A DNA stretch of 18,926 nucleotides from Nitrospirota bacterium. Lineage in GTDB: Bacteria; Nitrospirota; JACRHJ01. Below are positions 1-8,956 of the stretch, one piece after another. Under the pieces are notes generated by a model. It worked only from the letters and a program-made list of their open reading frames with translations, was not told the origin of the DNA and made no database searches. The translations under genes and the position numbers were made by a program. Location of the stretch: NCBI GenBank assembly GCA_963733375.1, contig CAVTDB010000004.1:1-18926 (forward strand), read 5' to 3'. The stretch's first letter is position 1. Every line of letters begins with the position of its first letter.

Positions 1-356
1 GTCTTGCCTGTACCGTTCACGCCGACGAATAGGTACACGGAGAGGGTCTTCTCGCCGCCCCGGAACGTCCCGGCGTCGCCCCGCAATATATCCCTTATCT
101 TCTCTTTTATCTCCTTCTTGACGAGCGACGGGACGCGTCGGTAAGCCCCTCGCGCGCGAGCTTCTCCTTCACGTTTTTAACGATCACGCCCGCAATATCT
201 GTGCCCAGGTCGGCTGAGATCAGCACCTCTTCAAGGTCTTCGTCGACCAACCGCGGCGTCTATCTCTTTCTTGCCATAGACGGCTTTTTCTATCCCCGTG
301 ACGAAATTGTCGCGGGTTTTGGCAAGGCCTGATTTAAGTTTGTTGAAAAAACCCAA
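1..356 (-). CDS. ftsY: Signal recognition particle receptor FtsY, 5' part (runs off window; apparent frameshifts)
   Basis: Not in the ORF track. GGAGG then TTG at 356 gives MGFFNKLKSGLAKTR...; other frames give DLEEVLISADLG and, at the window edge, YLFVGVNGTGK (SRP GTPase G1). Frame breaks near ~250, ~130 and ~60. Confidence 0.9.
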
Positions 357-390
357 GAGAACCCTCCCTCACTTGCAATCGTCCCCGCCC

Positions 391-1088
391 CTACACGAAC
401 AGCAGGAATATTAACAGCGTGACAAGCCCCCCCAGGAGCGCGCCCAGAATGACCTCCCTCGCCGTATGTATCTTGAGCGCGATGCGGCTGTGGGCGACCA
501 TTGCCGCCATCATCAACACAAGCCCCGCGACTAAGGCGTTCGACGTTAAAAAAAGCGTTATGACGAATATCGAGGACGCCGTGGCCGCATGACCGCTGGG
601 CATCCCTCCCATCAGGGGAGAGCCCCGTCCGATATACGCCTTGGCCATGATCACCGAGATGACCACGACTATCAACGCCATGAAGGCCACGTTTTCCCTG
701 GCGAGCTTGACCTCGCCCACCCCTGCCCTCACTACCTGCGCGACGTGAGGGTACAGGATGAGGAAGCCTATCACAGCGCGCCGAACGAGGCTATGAATAC
801 CGCTCCGGCGGCGGTGTCCTTCGCTACCTTGGCGGCCGGATGGAACTCCTCGGAGATTAAGTCCACTATCGACTCGACCGCCGTATTTATCACCTCGGCC
901 ACCAGGACTATGACGACGGCCAGGGAGAGCGCGATGAAGGAAGCCCTGTCCAGGCCGAAAAAAAGCGCCAGCACGATGACCAGCGCGGCGGCCGTGAAAT
1001 GAAGCCGCATATGTTTTTGCGTCCTGGTCGCGTACAGTATCCCCTCTATCGCCAGGTTCGCGCTCTGATACCAGCTCTGGGGCTTTAT
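391..1088 (-). CDS. dgkA: Diacylglycerol/undecaprenol kinase fused to a PAP2 phosphatase domain (one frameshift near 775)
   Basis: DgkA motifs AIEGI, EVINTAVE, AKVAKDTAAGAV in the 771..1376 frame; PAP2 motifs MPSGH and SRIALKIH in the 391..774 frame. One extra G at GCG-CTG-TGA joins them (FGAAVIGF). Likely start is ATA at 1088 overlapping the ybeY stop. Confidence 0.85.
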
Positions 1089-1534
1089 CTTTTCTTTATG
1101 GATATTAAAAGCTCCCTTTGTTTTTTCTCCATCCTGAGCCGGGCGGGCTTGCCCTTTTCGTGGTCGTAGCCCATGATGTGCAGGATGCCGTGCGTGAGCA
1201 GGGTGAGCAGCTCCTCCTCGAAAGGATGTCCGGCTTCCCCGGCCTGGGCAAGCGCCCTGGGCGCGGAGATAACTACATCCCCCAGGACGAGCGGGGCGTC
1301 TTCCGGCTGCGCCAGTCCGTCCCCTTCCAGCATGGAAAAAGACAGGACGTCCGTAGTGCTGTCTATCCCCCGCCACTCCCGGTTCAGGCGGCGCATCTTC
1401 CTGTCGCCGGTAATCAGGATGGAAAGCTCAGCGTCTGGGCAACCCAGGGACGACAGGGCCTTCAGGGCTGCCTGCCTCAGCATGCCAGTCGGAACTTTTA
1501 TGCTCTTCTGTGAATTTGCCGTTTTGACCGGCAA
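1085..1534 (-). CDS. ybeY: rRNA maturation endoribonuclease YbeY
   Basis: LNREWRG, TDVLSF, LGDVVIS and the HGILHIMGYDH zinc motif. Confidence 0.95.
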   Translation of the reverse strand: MPVKTANSQKSIKVPTGMLRQAALKALSSLGCPDAELSILITGDRKMRRLNREWRGIDSTTDVLSFSMLEGDGLAQPEDAPLVLGDVVISAPRALAQAGEAGHPFEEELLTLLTHGILHIMGYDHEKGKPARLRMEKKQRELLISIKKR

Positions 1535-3074
1535 GTTTCCTCCCTCCGGACGGGATTCCCAGGCCAGGGTAGTCCACCCTGTGGTGGTAAATCCCGGAGA
1601 GGAGCTGGTTAAAGCTCCTGGTTATGGCGGTCAGGTCCTTCAGCGTCAGGTCGCACTCGGTAAGCTGGCCGTCCACGAAGAACCGCCCGATTATCTTGTC
1701 CACCAGCGCGGAAATCCTCGCCGGGGTCGGCTCTTCAAGCACCCTCGACGCCGCCTCCACCGCATCGGCCAGCATGACGATAGCCGCCACCTTCGTCTGC
1801 GGCCGCGGGCCGGGATAGCGGTAGTCGTCTTCGCTCACCGAGGCCCCTTCGGAGCTTTTGGCTTTTTCATAGAAGAAGCTCATCAGGGCGTTCCCGTGGT
1901 GCTGCTGTATTACGTCCGAAATCTGCGGCGGGAGGTTGTGTTCCTTCGCCAGCTCGTATCCGTCCTTCACATGCGAAGAGATAATAAGACTGCTCATGGA
2001 CGGGGTAAGCCGGTCGTGGCGGTTTTCGCCCTTCGCCTGGTTCTCTATGAAATACTCCGGCTTCTTTATCTTCCCGATGTCGTGGTAATACGACGCCACG
2101 CGGGCCAGGAGCGGGTTTTCGCCCACGGATTCAGCCGCCGCCTCGGCGAGGCTTCCGATAATGACGCTGTGGTGGTAAGTGCCCGGCGCGGCCATCATAA
2201 GCTGCTTCAGGAGCGGCCGGTTCAGGTCGCTGTATTCGAGGAGGCTTATGTCCGTGACCGTTTTGAACATGGACTCCAAAAGGGGCAGAATGCCTGAGAC
2301 CAGTATTGCGGAGAGGAAGCCGCTGGTTACCCCCGCGACGAGGTCATATATCGCCGCGCGGGTAAAAAGCACGTGCTGGTAGAGGTCGAGGCATAAGATG
2401 GAGGCGACGTTGGCCAAAGCCACGAAGAGCCCCGCCCGCAGAAGCGCCGAGCGCTGCGTGCACCGCAACAATGAAAAGCTGGCGATGACGCTCCCCATGA
2501 AGGTATAGAAGCCGAACATGAGCTCGTGCCCGATGAGGAGCCCGCCGAAAATGCTCATCACGATGGACATCACGATGCCCAGGTGGATGTCGAACAAAAG
2601 CGTGGCGAGCATCGCGGCGGTGGATATGGGGACGGCATAGAAGCCCGCGCGCCTTCCGACCCTTGGGAGGTTCCCGGTGAAGGTGGAAAATACCTCCGCC
2701 GAAACGCGGCTTATCGCGACGGCGCCGACGAGGATGACGCATACGAGCGCAAGCTTCTGGAGGTCATGGGTAAGGCTCCTCTTGTAGCGGCGCATGTCCC
2801 TGTACAGGACGTATATCGGCATGGAAACTACCAGGAGAAGCCCCACTATAGTCTGGAGGCTGTCAAGCGGAGACATCTTGGCAAGCTCGGAATAGTCTAT
2901 CAGAAGGACCGACAGGCCGATTACAAGCAGCCCGCCCATCACGGCCTTCTTCACCCTCTCGGAGTGGAGGCGCTTCACCGCCGGCCGGTTCTGTTTCTGG
3001 ATGGCAAGGGGCTTCGCTTCCTGCTTCCGAAGAGTTACGCCTACTCTTGCGCGCTCCCCCTTAAGGGCGGCCAT
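1428..3074 (-). CDS. Multi-TM HD (HDIG) phosphohydrolase, 7TM-HD / PgpH-like
   Basis: Multiple hydrophobic helices followed by [33 protein letters not shown]; usual position between phoH and ybeY. Confidence 0.9.
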   Translation of the reverse strand: MAALKGERARVGVTLRKQEAKPLAIQKQNRPAVKRLHSERVKKAVMGGLLVIGLSVLLIDYSELAKMSPLDSLQTIVGLLLVVSMPIYVLYRDMRRYKRSLTHDLQKLALVCVILVGAVAISRVSAEVFSTFTGNLPRVGRRAGFYAVPISTAAMLATLLFDIHLGIVMSIVMSIFGGLLIGHELMFGFYTFMGSVIASFSLLRCTQRSALLRAGLFVALANVASILCLDLYQHVLFTRAAIYDLVAGVTSGFLSAILVSGILPLLESMFKTVTDISLLEYSDLNRPLLKQLMMAAPGTYHHSVIIGSLAEAAAESVGENPLLARVASYYHDIGKIKKPEYFIENQAKGENRHDRLTPSMSSLIISSHVKDGYELAKEHNLPPQISDVIQQHHGNALMSFFYEKAKSSEGASVSEDDYRYPGPRPQTKVAAIVMLADAVEAASRVLEEPTPARISALVDKIIGRFFVDGQLTECDLTLKDLTAITRSFNQLLSGIYHHRVDYPGLGIPSGGRKLAGQNGKFTEEHKSSDWHAEAGSPEGPVVPGLPRR

Positions 3075-4022
3075 TTTTTTCCTCGTACCTTTGGTATGCC
3101 TTGACTATCTGCTGGACCAGCCTGTGCCTGACCACGTCTTTTTCGGAGAACCGCACGAACTCTATCCCCTTTACCGATTCGAGGATCTTGATAACCTCTA
3201 TAAGTCCGGACCCCTTTTCCACCGGCAGGTCCACCTGGGTTATATCCCCGGTAATTACCGCTTTAGAGCCGAAACCCATCCGGGTCAGGAACATCTTCAT
3301 CTGTTCGGACGTGGTGTTCTGGGCCTCGTCCAGGATTATGAAGGAGTCGTTCAACGTGCGCCCGCGCATAAAGGCGAGCGGCGCGACCTCTATCGTCCCC
3401 CGCTCCATCAAACGGGCCGCCTTTTCCGGGTCCATCATGTCGTAAAGCGCGTCGTAGAGCGGCCTTAAGTAGGGGTGTACCTTCTCGTACAGGTCGCCCG
3501 GCAGGAAGCCGAGCTTCTCGCCCGCTTCGACGGCCGGCCGCGCAAGGATAATCCGGTTGACCTCTTTTTTCATCAGCGCGGCGACCGCCGCCGCCATCGC
3601 GAGGTATGTCTTTCCGGTGCCGCGGGGCCGATGCCGAAGACGATGTCGTGGGTCCTGATAGCTTCCACGTACGTCTTCTGGTTTTCGGTCTTCGGGCTTA
3701 TATGTTTTTTGTTGTGGCCGATAAGCACGGTGTCGGAGAATATGTCCTTGATACCCGTGCCGCTGCCGGCCTCGTAGGCCCGCATCGCCAGTTTAACGTC
3801 CTCCAGCTTCAGCGTATAGCCGCTCCCGACAAGCCCCGCCAGGTCCTTTATCAGCTTCTCGGCGTTCAGGACCGCGGGCTCCTCGCCCTCTATGGAAAGC
3901 TTGTTCCCCCTGGCCTTGATGTCAACGCCGGAGGTGTCTTCTATATACCGGAGGTTCTTGTCGAACTCTCCGTACAGGACCTTCAGGTCCTCGTCCGCCT
4001 CGATCAGAAGTTCCTTTTTCGT
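3061..4022 (-). CDS. phoH: PhoH-like ATPase (one frameshift in Walker A at ~3622)
   Basis: [13 protein letters not shown] restored by one G; [38 protein letters not shown]. The upstream frame is open to ~4040; the best start is ACG at 4022, 8 nt after GGAGG. Confidence 0.92.
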
Positions 4023-4045
4023 AGTGCTATCCTCCTGCCTTTATT

Positions 4046-4067
4046 CCCCCTCTCCCTGACCCTCTCC
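4046..4067. repeat. Partial CCCCTC(A/T)CCC...CCCTCTCC-type extragenic repeat arm
   Basis: CCCCCTCTCCCTGACCCTCTCC abuts the htpX stop and resembles the reverse complement of 8084-8106 (CCCTCACCCCCTGCCCCTCTCCC). Confidence 0.55.
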
Positions 4068-4902
4068 TATAAAGACCTTCCCCTGGCCATCCCCTCGAGG
4101 CGCTCAATGCGCTCTTCGATAGGCGGATGGGTGGAGAAGAGCTTCGCAATCCCCCGCGCCGAGAAGGGGTTCACGATGAACATGTTCGCCGTCGCCGGGT
4201 TCGCGTCCATCGGTATCCTCTCGGTACCCATCTCCAGTTTCCTGAAGCGCGTTCGCGAGGTAGAGCGGGTTGCCGCAGAGCTTCGCCCCGCTTTCGTCCG
4301 CCATATACTCCCTTGAGCGCGAGATGGCGAGCTGTATGAGCATCGCCGCGATAGGCGCTAAAATCATCATCGCTATCGCCGCGATGGGGTTTCCGTCTCT
4401 ATCGTCCCGGCCGCCGAAGAATATCGCGAACCGCGAGAGCATCGTGATTGCCGCCGCTATTACCGACGCGATGGTGCTGACCAATATATCCCTGTGCTGC
4501 ACGTGGGACAACTCGTGCGCCATGACGCCTTCGAGCTCCTGCCTGCTAAGAAGCCTCAATATCCCTTCCGTCGCGGCGACGGCGGCGTGGTCCGGGTTCC
4601 TGCCGGTCGCGAATGCGTTGGGGGAGTCGTCCGGTATGATATATACCTTCGGCATGGGCATGCCCGCCTTCTGGACAAGCCCTCGCACCACGGAGTAAAG
4701 CTCCGGGGCCTCCGTTTCCGTAACCGGCTGTGCCCGGTACATCCTGAGGACAATTTTATCGGAGAACCAGTAACTGAAGAAGTTCATGAGCAGGGCGAAG
4801 ATGAAGAACCCGAACATCCCCCTGTGCCGCCATGGCCTGGCCTATCAGGACCATAAGGACCGTAAGCGCCGCCATCAGCATGGCCGTCCTTAACTTGTAC
4901 AT
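4067..4902 (-). CDS. htpX: Zinc metalloprotease HtpX (M48; frameshifts at ~4830 and ~4245)
   Basis: GGAGGT then ATG at 4902 ([14 protein letters not shown]); [21 protein letters not shown]; shifted tail [15 protein letters not shown] ending in TAG at 4067. Confidence 0.93.
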
Positions 4903-4947
4903 TTTACTTTATTACCTCCAAAACAAACGCAAACTATTCCTGCTAAT

Positions 4948-4976
4948 ATTCTATCAGAAATATGGCTTTTTTCCAC
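4948..4976 (-). promoter_or_regulatory. Putative sigma70 promoter of htpX
   Basis: Extended -10 TGA-TAGAAT (4948-4956), with a weak -35 GTGGAA at 17 nt spacing. Confidence 0.45.
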
Positions 4977-4988
4977 GAAAATCAGCCG

Positions 4989-5860
4989 TTACTGTTTCTT
5001 TTTCAGCCTCTGCGCGGCCAGTTTCGCCGCATCCGAACCGGGGTATTTTTTTACGACCTCCGCGTATGCCGCCTTCGCCTCCAGCGGACGTTTCATGGCG
5101 TCCAGGGTATAGCCTTTCTTAACCAGCGCATCGGCCACCTTGGAACTTTTCGGGTAATTTTTTATCACCTTGTCGAACTCAGTCACGGCATCGTCATATT
5201 TTTTCATGGAATAGAGCGATTCGCCTATCCAGAACTGGGCATTCCCGGCATATTCCGCGTCCGGAAAATCCTTCAGGTACTCCCGGAATTCGCTTACCGC
5301 AATCTCATAATTTCCGTTTGTATAATCCAGGTAGGCCTGATGGTACATCTGGTTCGGGTCCGGAGCAGTTGCCCCGGCCGCGCCAGCCGGCGCCGCGCCG
5401 CCCGCGGTTCCAGCCGCCGCCGTGTTGCCTTGCGCCGTCCCTGGGCCTGAGCCTCGGCCAGCTTCTGCATCAGGAGGGCCTTCATCGCGTCCAACTTCTC
5501 ATCCACCTTCGAAAGCTCGTGCCTGATGTCATCTATCTGTCCCTGGGACACTCCGCCGCTTGTGCTGGAAAACTCGCGGTTGCCAAGGTCTGCCTGGTTT
5601 CTGAGTATTGTATTTGTCTGCTCGTGCAGTGATTTCAAGCCTCCCTTTACCTGCGACTTGAGCAACTCAAGCGATTCCTGGCTTCTCTTGTTCTCCGCCT
5701 GGAGAGAGAAATTTATGTCGTCCATGCTGCCCTGTATCTGCCGGAGCTGGGCGTTAGTGGCGGCGGTCTGGCGCTCGACCCTGTCTATGTCCCCGCTCGT
5801 TGCGCAACCGTACCCGAAAACCATGAGAATAAGCGGCAAAAAAATTATATATTTCTTCAT
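4989..5860 (-). CDS. cpoB: Tol-Pal protein YbgF/CpoB, lipoprotein (one frameshift at ~5440)
   Basis: Lipoprotein-like signal ending FGYGC, coiled-coil segment, Gly/Ala linker, then TPR domain (YAGNAQFWIGE, YPKSSKVADAL); directly downstream of pal. One missing G at CAG-GG(G)-ACG joins the two ORFs. Confidence 0.9.
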
Positions 5861-5882
5861 TTAAGCCATGCCCTCTTCGCAC

Positions 5883-5914
5883 GGAAGGCGGGCCCTGTAT
5901 GGACCCGCCTTTCC
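5883..5914. terminator. GC-rich hairpin between pal and cpoB (terminator, mRNA stabiliser or REP remnant)
   Basis: Minus strand GGAAAGGCGGGTCC-ATACA-GGGCCCGCCTTCC; no long U tract. Confidence 0.5.
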
Positions 5915-5921
5915 AGAATAT

Positions 5922-5970
5922 AACGCCCCCTCACCCTTTTTTAAGATAACAGGGTGAACCAAGGGGAGTT
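5922..5970. repeat. Imperfect inverted repeat, REP-like
   Basis: AACGCCCC-C-TCACCCT ... AGGGTGA-ACCAA-GGGGAGTT around a TTAAGATAA core; contains CCCCTCACCC like the 8059-8106 element. Confidence 0.5.
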
Positions 5971-5980
5971 GTGAAAAGTC

Positions 5981-6553
5981 CTACTGGACCACGAAATGGT
6001 CCCGCCTGTTCTTGGCCCACGCCGCCTCGTCATGTCCGGGGTCGAACGGCTTGCTCTTGCCGAAGCTTATCGTTTTAAGCCTGCGGGCTGGCACGCCCAA
6101 GGATACCAGGTAGTTCTTTGCTGCGTCCGCGCGCCTCTGGCCCAGGGCAAGGTTATACTCTACGGTGCCCCTTTCGTCGCAGTTGCCTTCCACCGTAACG
6201 ATAACCTTGGGATGAGCCTTTATCCATTCCGAGTCATGCTGCAACACGGCTGCGTCATCCGGCCTGATGACATAACTGTCGAAATCAAAGAAAACGTCTT
6301 GAAGGGCCTTAACCTCTTTACCCTCTTCTGCCGACGCCGGCTGTTCCTTCGGTCCGGGAGGAGCCTCTTTGGCCTGCGTTTCAGCGGCCGGGGGCGCCTT
6401 CTCGGGTGCGGCCTCCGGCGGTGCTTTCTCCATCGGCTTCTGGGTTTCCAATCCACCGGTTTCTTTAACCTGTTTTTTTGCGCACCCGTAAAAACCCGTA
6501 AACACCAGAAGCGCCGCAGCCAGGCATATCAGAAGAATCCTGTTAATCTTCAC
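5981..6553 (-). CDS. pal: Peptidoglycan-associated lipoprotein Pal
   Basis: Lipobox-like FYGC, FFDFDS, GNCDERGTVEYNLALGQRRA, AWAKNRR; follows tolB. Confidence 0.96.
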   Translation of the reverse strand: MKINRILLICLAAALLVFTGFYGCAKKQVKETGGLETQKPMEKAPPEAAPEKAPPAAETQAKEAPPGPKEQPASAEEGKEVKALQDVFFDFDSYVIRPDDAAVLQHDSEWIKAHPKVIVTVEGNCDERGTVEYNLALGQRRADAAKNYLVSLGVPARRLKTISFGKSKPFDPGHDEAAWAKNRRDHFVVQ

Positions 6554-6612
6554 CCCTTTGCCTCCTTTTCGCTTGGTTTGTAAAAGGGAAAAAGCCCCCG
6601 GAAAAGCGTTTC

Positions 6613-6651
6613 TACAACTGTTGTATTATAGCACAAAAGCGCTGAAGTCAA
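6613..6651 (-). promoter_or_regulatory. Internal pal promoter with overlapping palindrome
   Basis: TTGACT (6646-6651), 15 nt spacer ending TGC, TATAAT (6625-6630), followed by the palindrome TACAAC-A-GTTGTA (6613-6625). Confidence 0.65.
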
Positions 6652-6652
6652 A

Positions 6653-7947
6653 TTATTTTTCACTGCCCAGCCGGGGCGACCACGCGGATGTCTGGCAGTT
6701 CCCGCCCAGCGGAAGCTTCTTTACGTTTTCACCGTGAGTGTCCATTAAATATATCGCATTTTTGCCGCTTCGGGTAGAGGAAAAAGCGATATGCCTGCCG
6801 TCAGGCGACCACGACGGGTTTTCATTGCTCCCGCTATTCCAGGTAAGCCGGACGACGTTGTCCCCGGTAGAGTCCATCATGAAGATATTAAAGACGCCCC
6901 CTTCCCGGCTGACATACGCTATTTTATCCCCGTTCGGCGACCAGGCGGGGGACGCATTGTACTTCCCGCTGTACGTGAGCTTCCGGACATTGCCGCCGTC
7001 CGAGTCCATCGCGTAAACCTGGGGCGAGCCTGCCCGGTCTGAGTTGAAGACTATCTCCCGCCCGTTAGGCGACCACGACGGCGAAGTATTGATGCCCCGG
7101 CTGTGCGTGATCTGGTTTAGTCCCTTGCCGTCCCTGTTCATGGTGAATATCTGGGCGTCGGCACCCTTGCTTAAGCACAGCGCGATCTTCTCGCCGTCGG
7201 GCGACCATGACGCCGCGGTATTGAGCCCGGGGTAAAACGAGATTATCCCCCTGCTCTTGCCGGAGGTGCTTACCCACCAGAGGTCGGGGTTCAGCCTTTT
7301 GTACGAGGTGTACGTGATGTAGTTGCCCGATGGCGACCACGCGGGGAGAAGGCATATCCCCTCATCCCTGGTCAGGCGGATTGCATTATGCCCGTCATAG
7401 TCGGCGATATAAAGTTCGTCATGGCCGGTCATATTGGAGATAAATGCTATCTTCGTCTGGCAGATGCCTTTTTCGCCCGTGAGCTGGAATATTATCTCGT
7501 CGGCGAGTTTGTGTATATTCTCCCGCATTACAAGCAACGACTTCGGGTAGCTCTTGTTCATGATAACCGAACCGGCTTTGGCGTCAACCAGCTTTGCGGA
7601 TATCGTAATATCGCGCCCGTCCGTGGAATAGGCCCCGGTAATGATGTCGTTAACGTCCAGCGAGGCCCAGGCGCTCGGGTCGCCCTTTATTTGTTTGACT
7701 CTTTTGGCGTCGAAGAACCCGGAGAAGTTCAGGTCGTCCGCCAGTTCGTCCGCCATCGCCTTGTCCCGCCCCTGCGGGTCCGCAAAACCTCCCTCGCGCT
7801 CAAAATCCGGGATTATACGCTTATCTTCCCCGCGCCCTTCGTGGTGGAAAGGTATATCTCCGGCTTCGTATCGGCGATGCCTAACGCCGGTGAGAAAAAG
7901 ACCGCGGCAACTATTAATAGCGTCATTCCCGTAATAATTTTTTTCAT
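6653..7947 (-). CDS. tolB: TolB beta-propeller protein (frameshift at ~7815 after the signal peptide)
   Basis: ATG at 7947 gives signal peptide MKKIITGMTLLIVAAVFFSPALG; the main frame has DLNFSGFF, TKIAF, DYDG and repeated WSP(D/N/S)G blades. Confidence 0.94.
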
Positions 7948-7992
7948 TTTTCGTATATCTTTCTAAAAATTTACCTTTGAAAAGCAACGGCA

Positions 7993-8018
7993 GGGCCGAC
8001 ACATGGGTCGGCCCCTAC
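7993..8018 (-). repeat. GTAG-family REP palindrome
   Basis: Minus strand GTAG-GGGCCGAC-CCATGT-GTCGGCCC: GTAG tetranucleotide followed by a perfect 8-bp stem. Confidence 0.8.
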
Positions 8019-8023
8019 AGTTC

Positions 8024-8048
8024 GGATTCTTCGCTACTCAGAATGACA
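8024..8048 (-). repeat. TGTCATTC...GAATC-type palindromic repeat unit
   Basis: Minus strand TGTCATTCTGAGTAGCGAAGAATCC with ATTCT/AGAAT stem; resembles a TGTCATTCTGAGCGnAGCGAAGAATC repeat recalled from other genomes. Confidence 0.65.
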
Positions 8049-8058
8049 ATTTCCTTAA

Positions 8059-8106
8059 CCCCTCGCCCCGGGCACCTTCCGATGGGAGAGGGGCAGGGGG
8101 TGAGGG
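8059..8106. repeat. CCCCTC(T/G)CCC...GGGAGAGGGG-CAGGGGGTGAGGG palindromic repeat
   Basis: Stem CCCCTCGCCC / GGGAGAGGGG plus a G-rich tail ending exactly at the tonB/tolA stop codon. Confidence 0.7.
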
Positions 8107-8904
8107 CTATGTTTTCCCCGGTATAAACGAGTAATGCACCCCGAGCGCGTCCCCCAGGCCTGCCGGGGGCGGCGGTAATTTTCTCACCAGTTTAACAGAA
8201 ATAAGCGCCTGCTGGTCATACAGATCAATTCCAGAAGAAGTTTCTATTTGCACCTGGGTTATATTTCCAGCGCCGTCAATGACGAAAGATATTACGGCAG
8301 GTTTTGTTGGCTTATGCCAAGGTACCCGATTTTCCCAAATCCCCTCTACCTTCTTCTGTATAAGATCGGCGTACTAAGAATCGAAATTCCCTGAGAACGC
8401 CACAGGGCCGGTTATCGCGCCCGGTTTTGCTTTGCCGCCTCCGCCCGCCGGGCCCTGTCCGGGGCCTACCGGCGCCGACGGCTGGATTTTCGCCACTTCC
8501 GGTTTTTCCGCCTCGTGCTTCTTCTTTTTCTCAGGCGGCTTTTTCTGTACCTCTTTTTTCGCCAGCTTCACCGGCTCCTTCTCCGGGACAGGCTTTTCTT
8601 CTTTAACCGGGTTCTTTACCTGTTCATGGGATTTGCCGCCCCCGCCCGCCGGACCCGGCAGGGTAGTAACGGTGACGTTGAATATCTGTAGCGCTTTCGG
8701 CGCCTTTCGGGCCGGCACAACCCAGATTATTCCGAAAACCGCCAGATGCAGGACAATTGAGACGATGACCGCCGTCCAAAAAAAATCACCCGCCTCTTCC
8801 GTGGAGGCGAACTTCTCCCTCGGGGGTTTTGCTCCCCCTTTCCCTTTATTCTCCTTGTGGCGGTATTCATTAAAAAACAAAGCCTTCCGGCGATCGGTTG
8901 CCAT
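8107..8904 (-). CDS. TonB/TolA-family energy transducer with an in-frame TAG at 8374-8376
   Basis: TM helix with SIVLH, K/E/P-rich linker; past the TAG the same frame continues YADLIQKKVEGIW...AVISFVIDGAGNITQVQIETSSGIDLYDQQAL...LPPPP (TonB_C/TolA C-domain) to TAG at 8107; upstream of tolB-pal. Confidence 0.88.
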
Positions 8905-8918
8905 CTAAAAATCTATTA

Positions 8919-8948
8919 ATTTTCGCATAACGGGCCGGCTGATGTCAA
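8919..8948 (-). promoter_or_regulatory. Putative sigma70 promoter for the tol-pal block
   Basis: Perfect TTGACA (8943-8948), 18 nt spacer ending TGC, then GAAAAT. Confidence 0.5.
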
Positions 8949-8956
8949 GCAAGCGG

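Noticed and set aside
4938-4949. 12-nt match ATATTAGCAGGA between the htpX leader and the thrC/hicB junction
   Set aside because: Several 12-mer matches are expected by chance in 19 kb.
6653-7400. Repeated GGCGACCA(C/G/T) motifs on the plus strand resembling a repeat array
   Set aside because: They encode the WSP motif of TolB propeller blades; not CRISPR.
8374-8376. Genome-wide TAG reassignment
   Set aside because: lipA, thrC, pal, htpX, the ankyrin gene and tonB itself end at TAG at expected lengths; only one internal TAG was seen.
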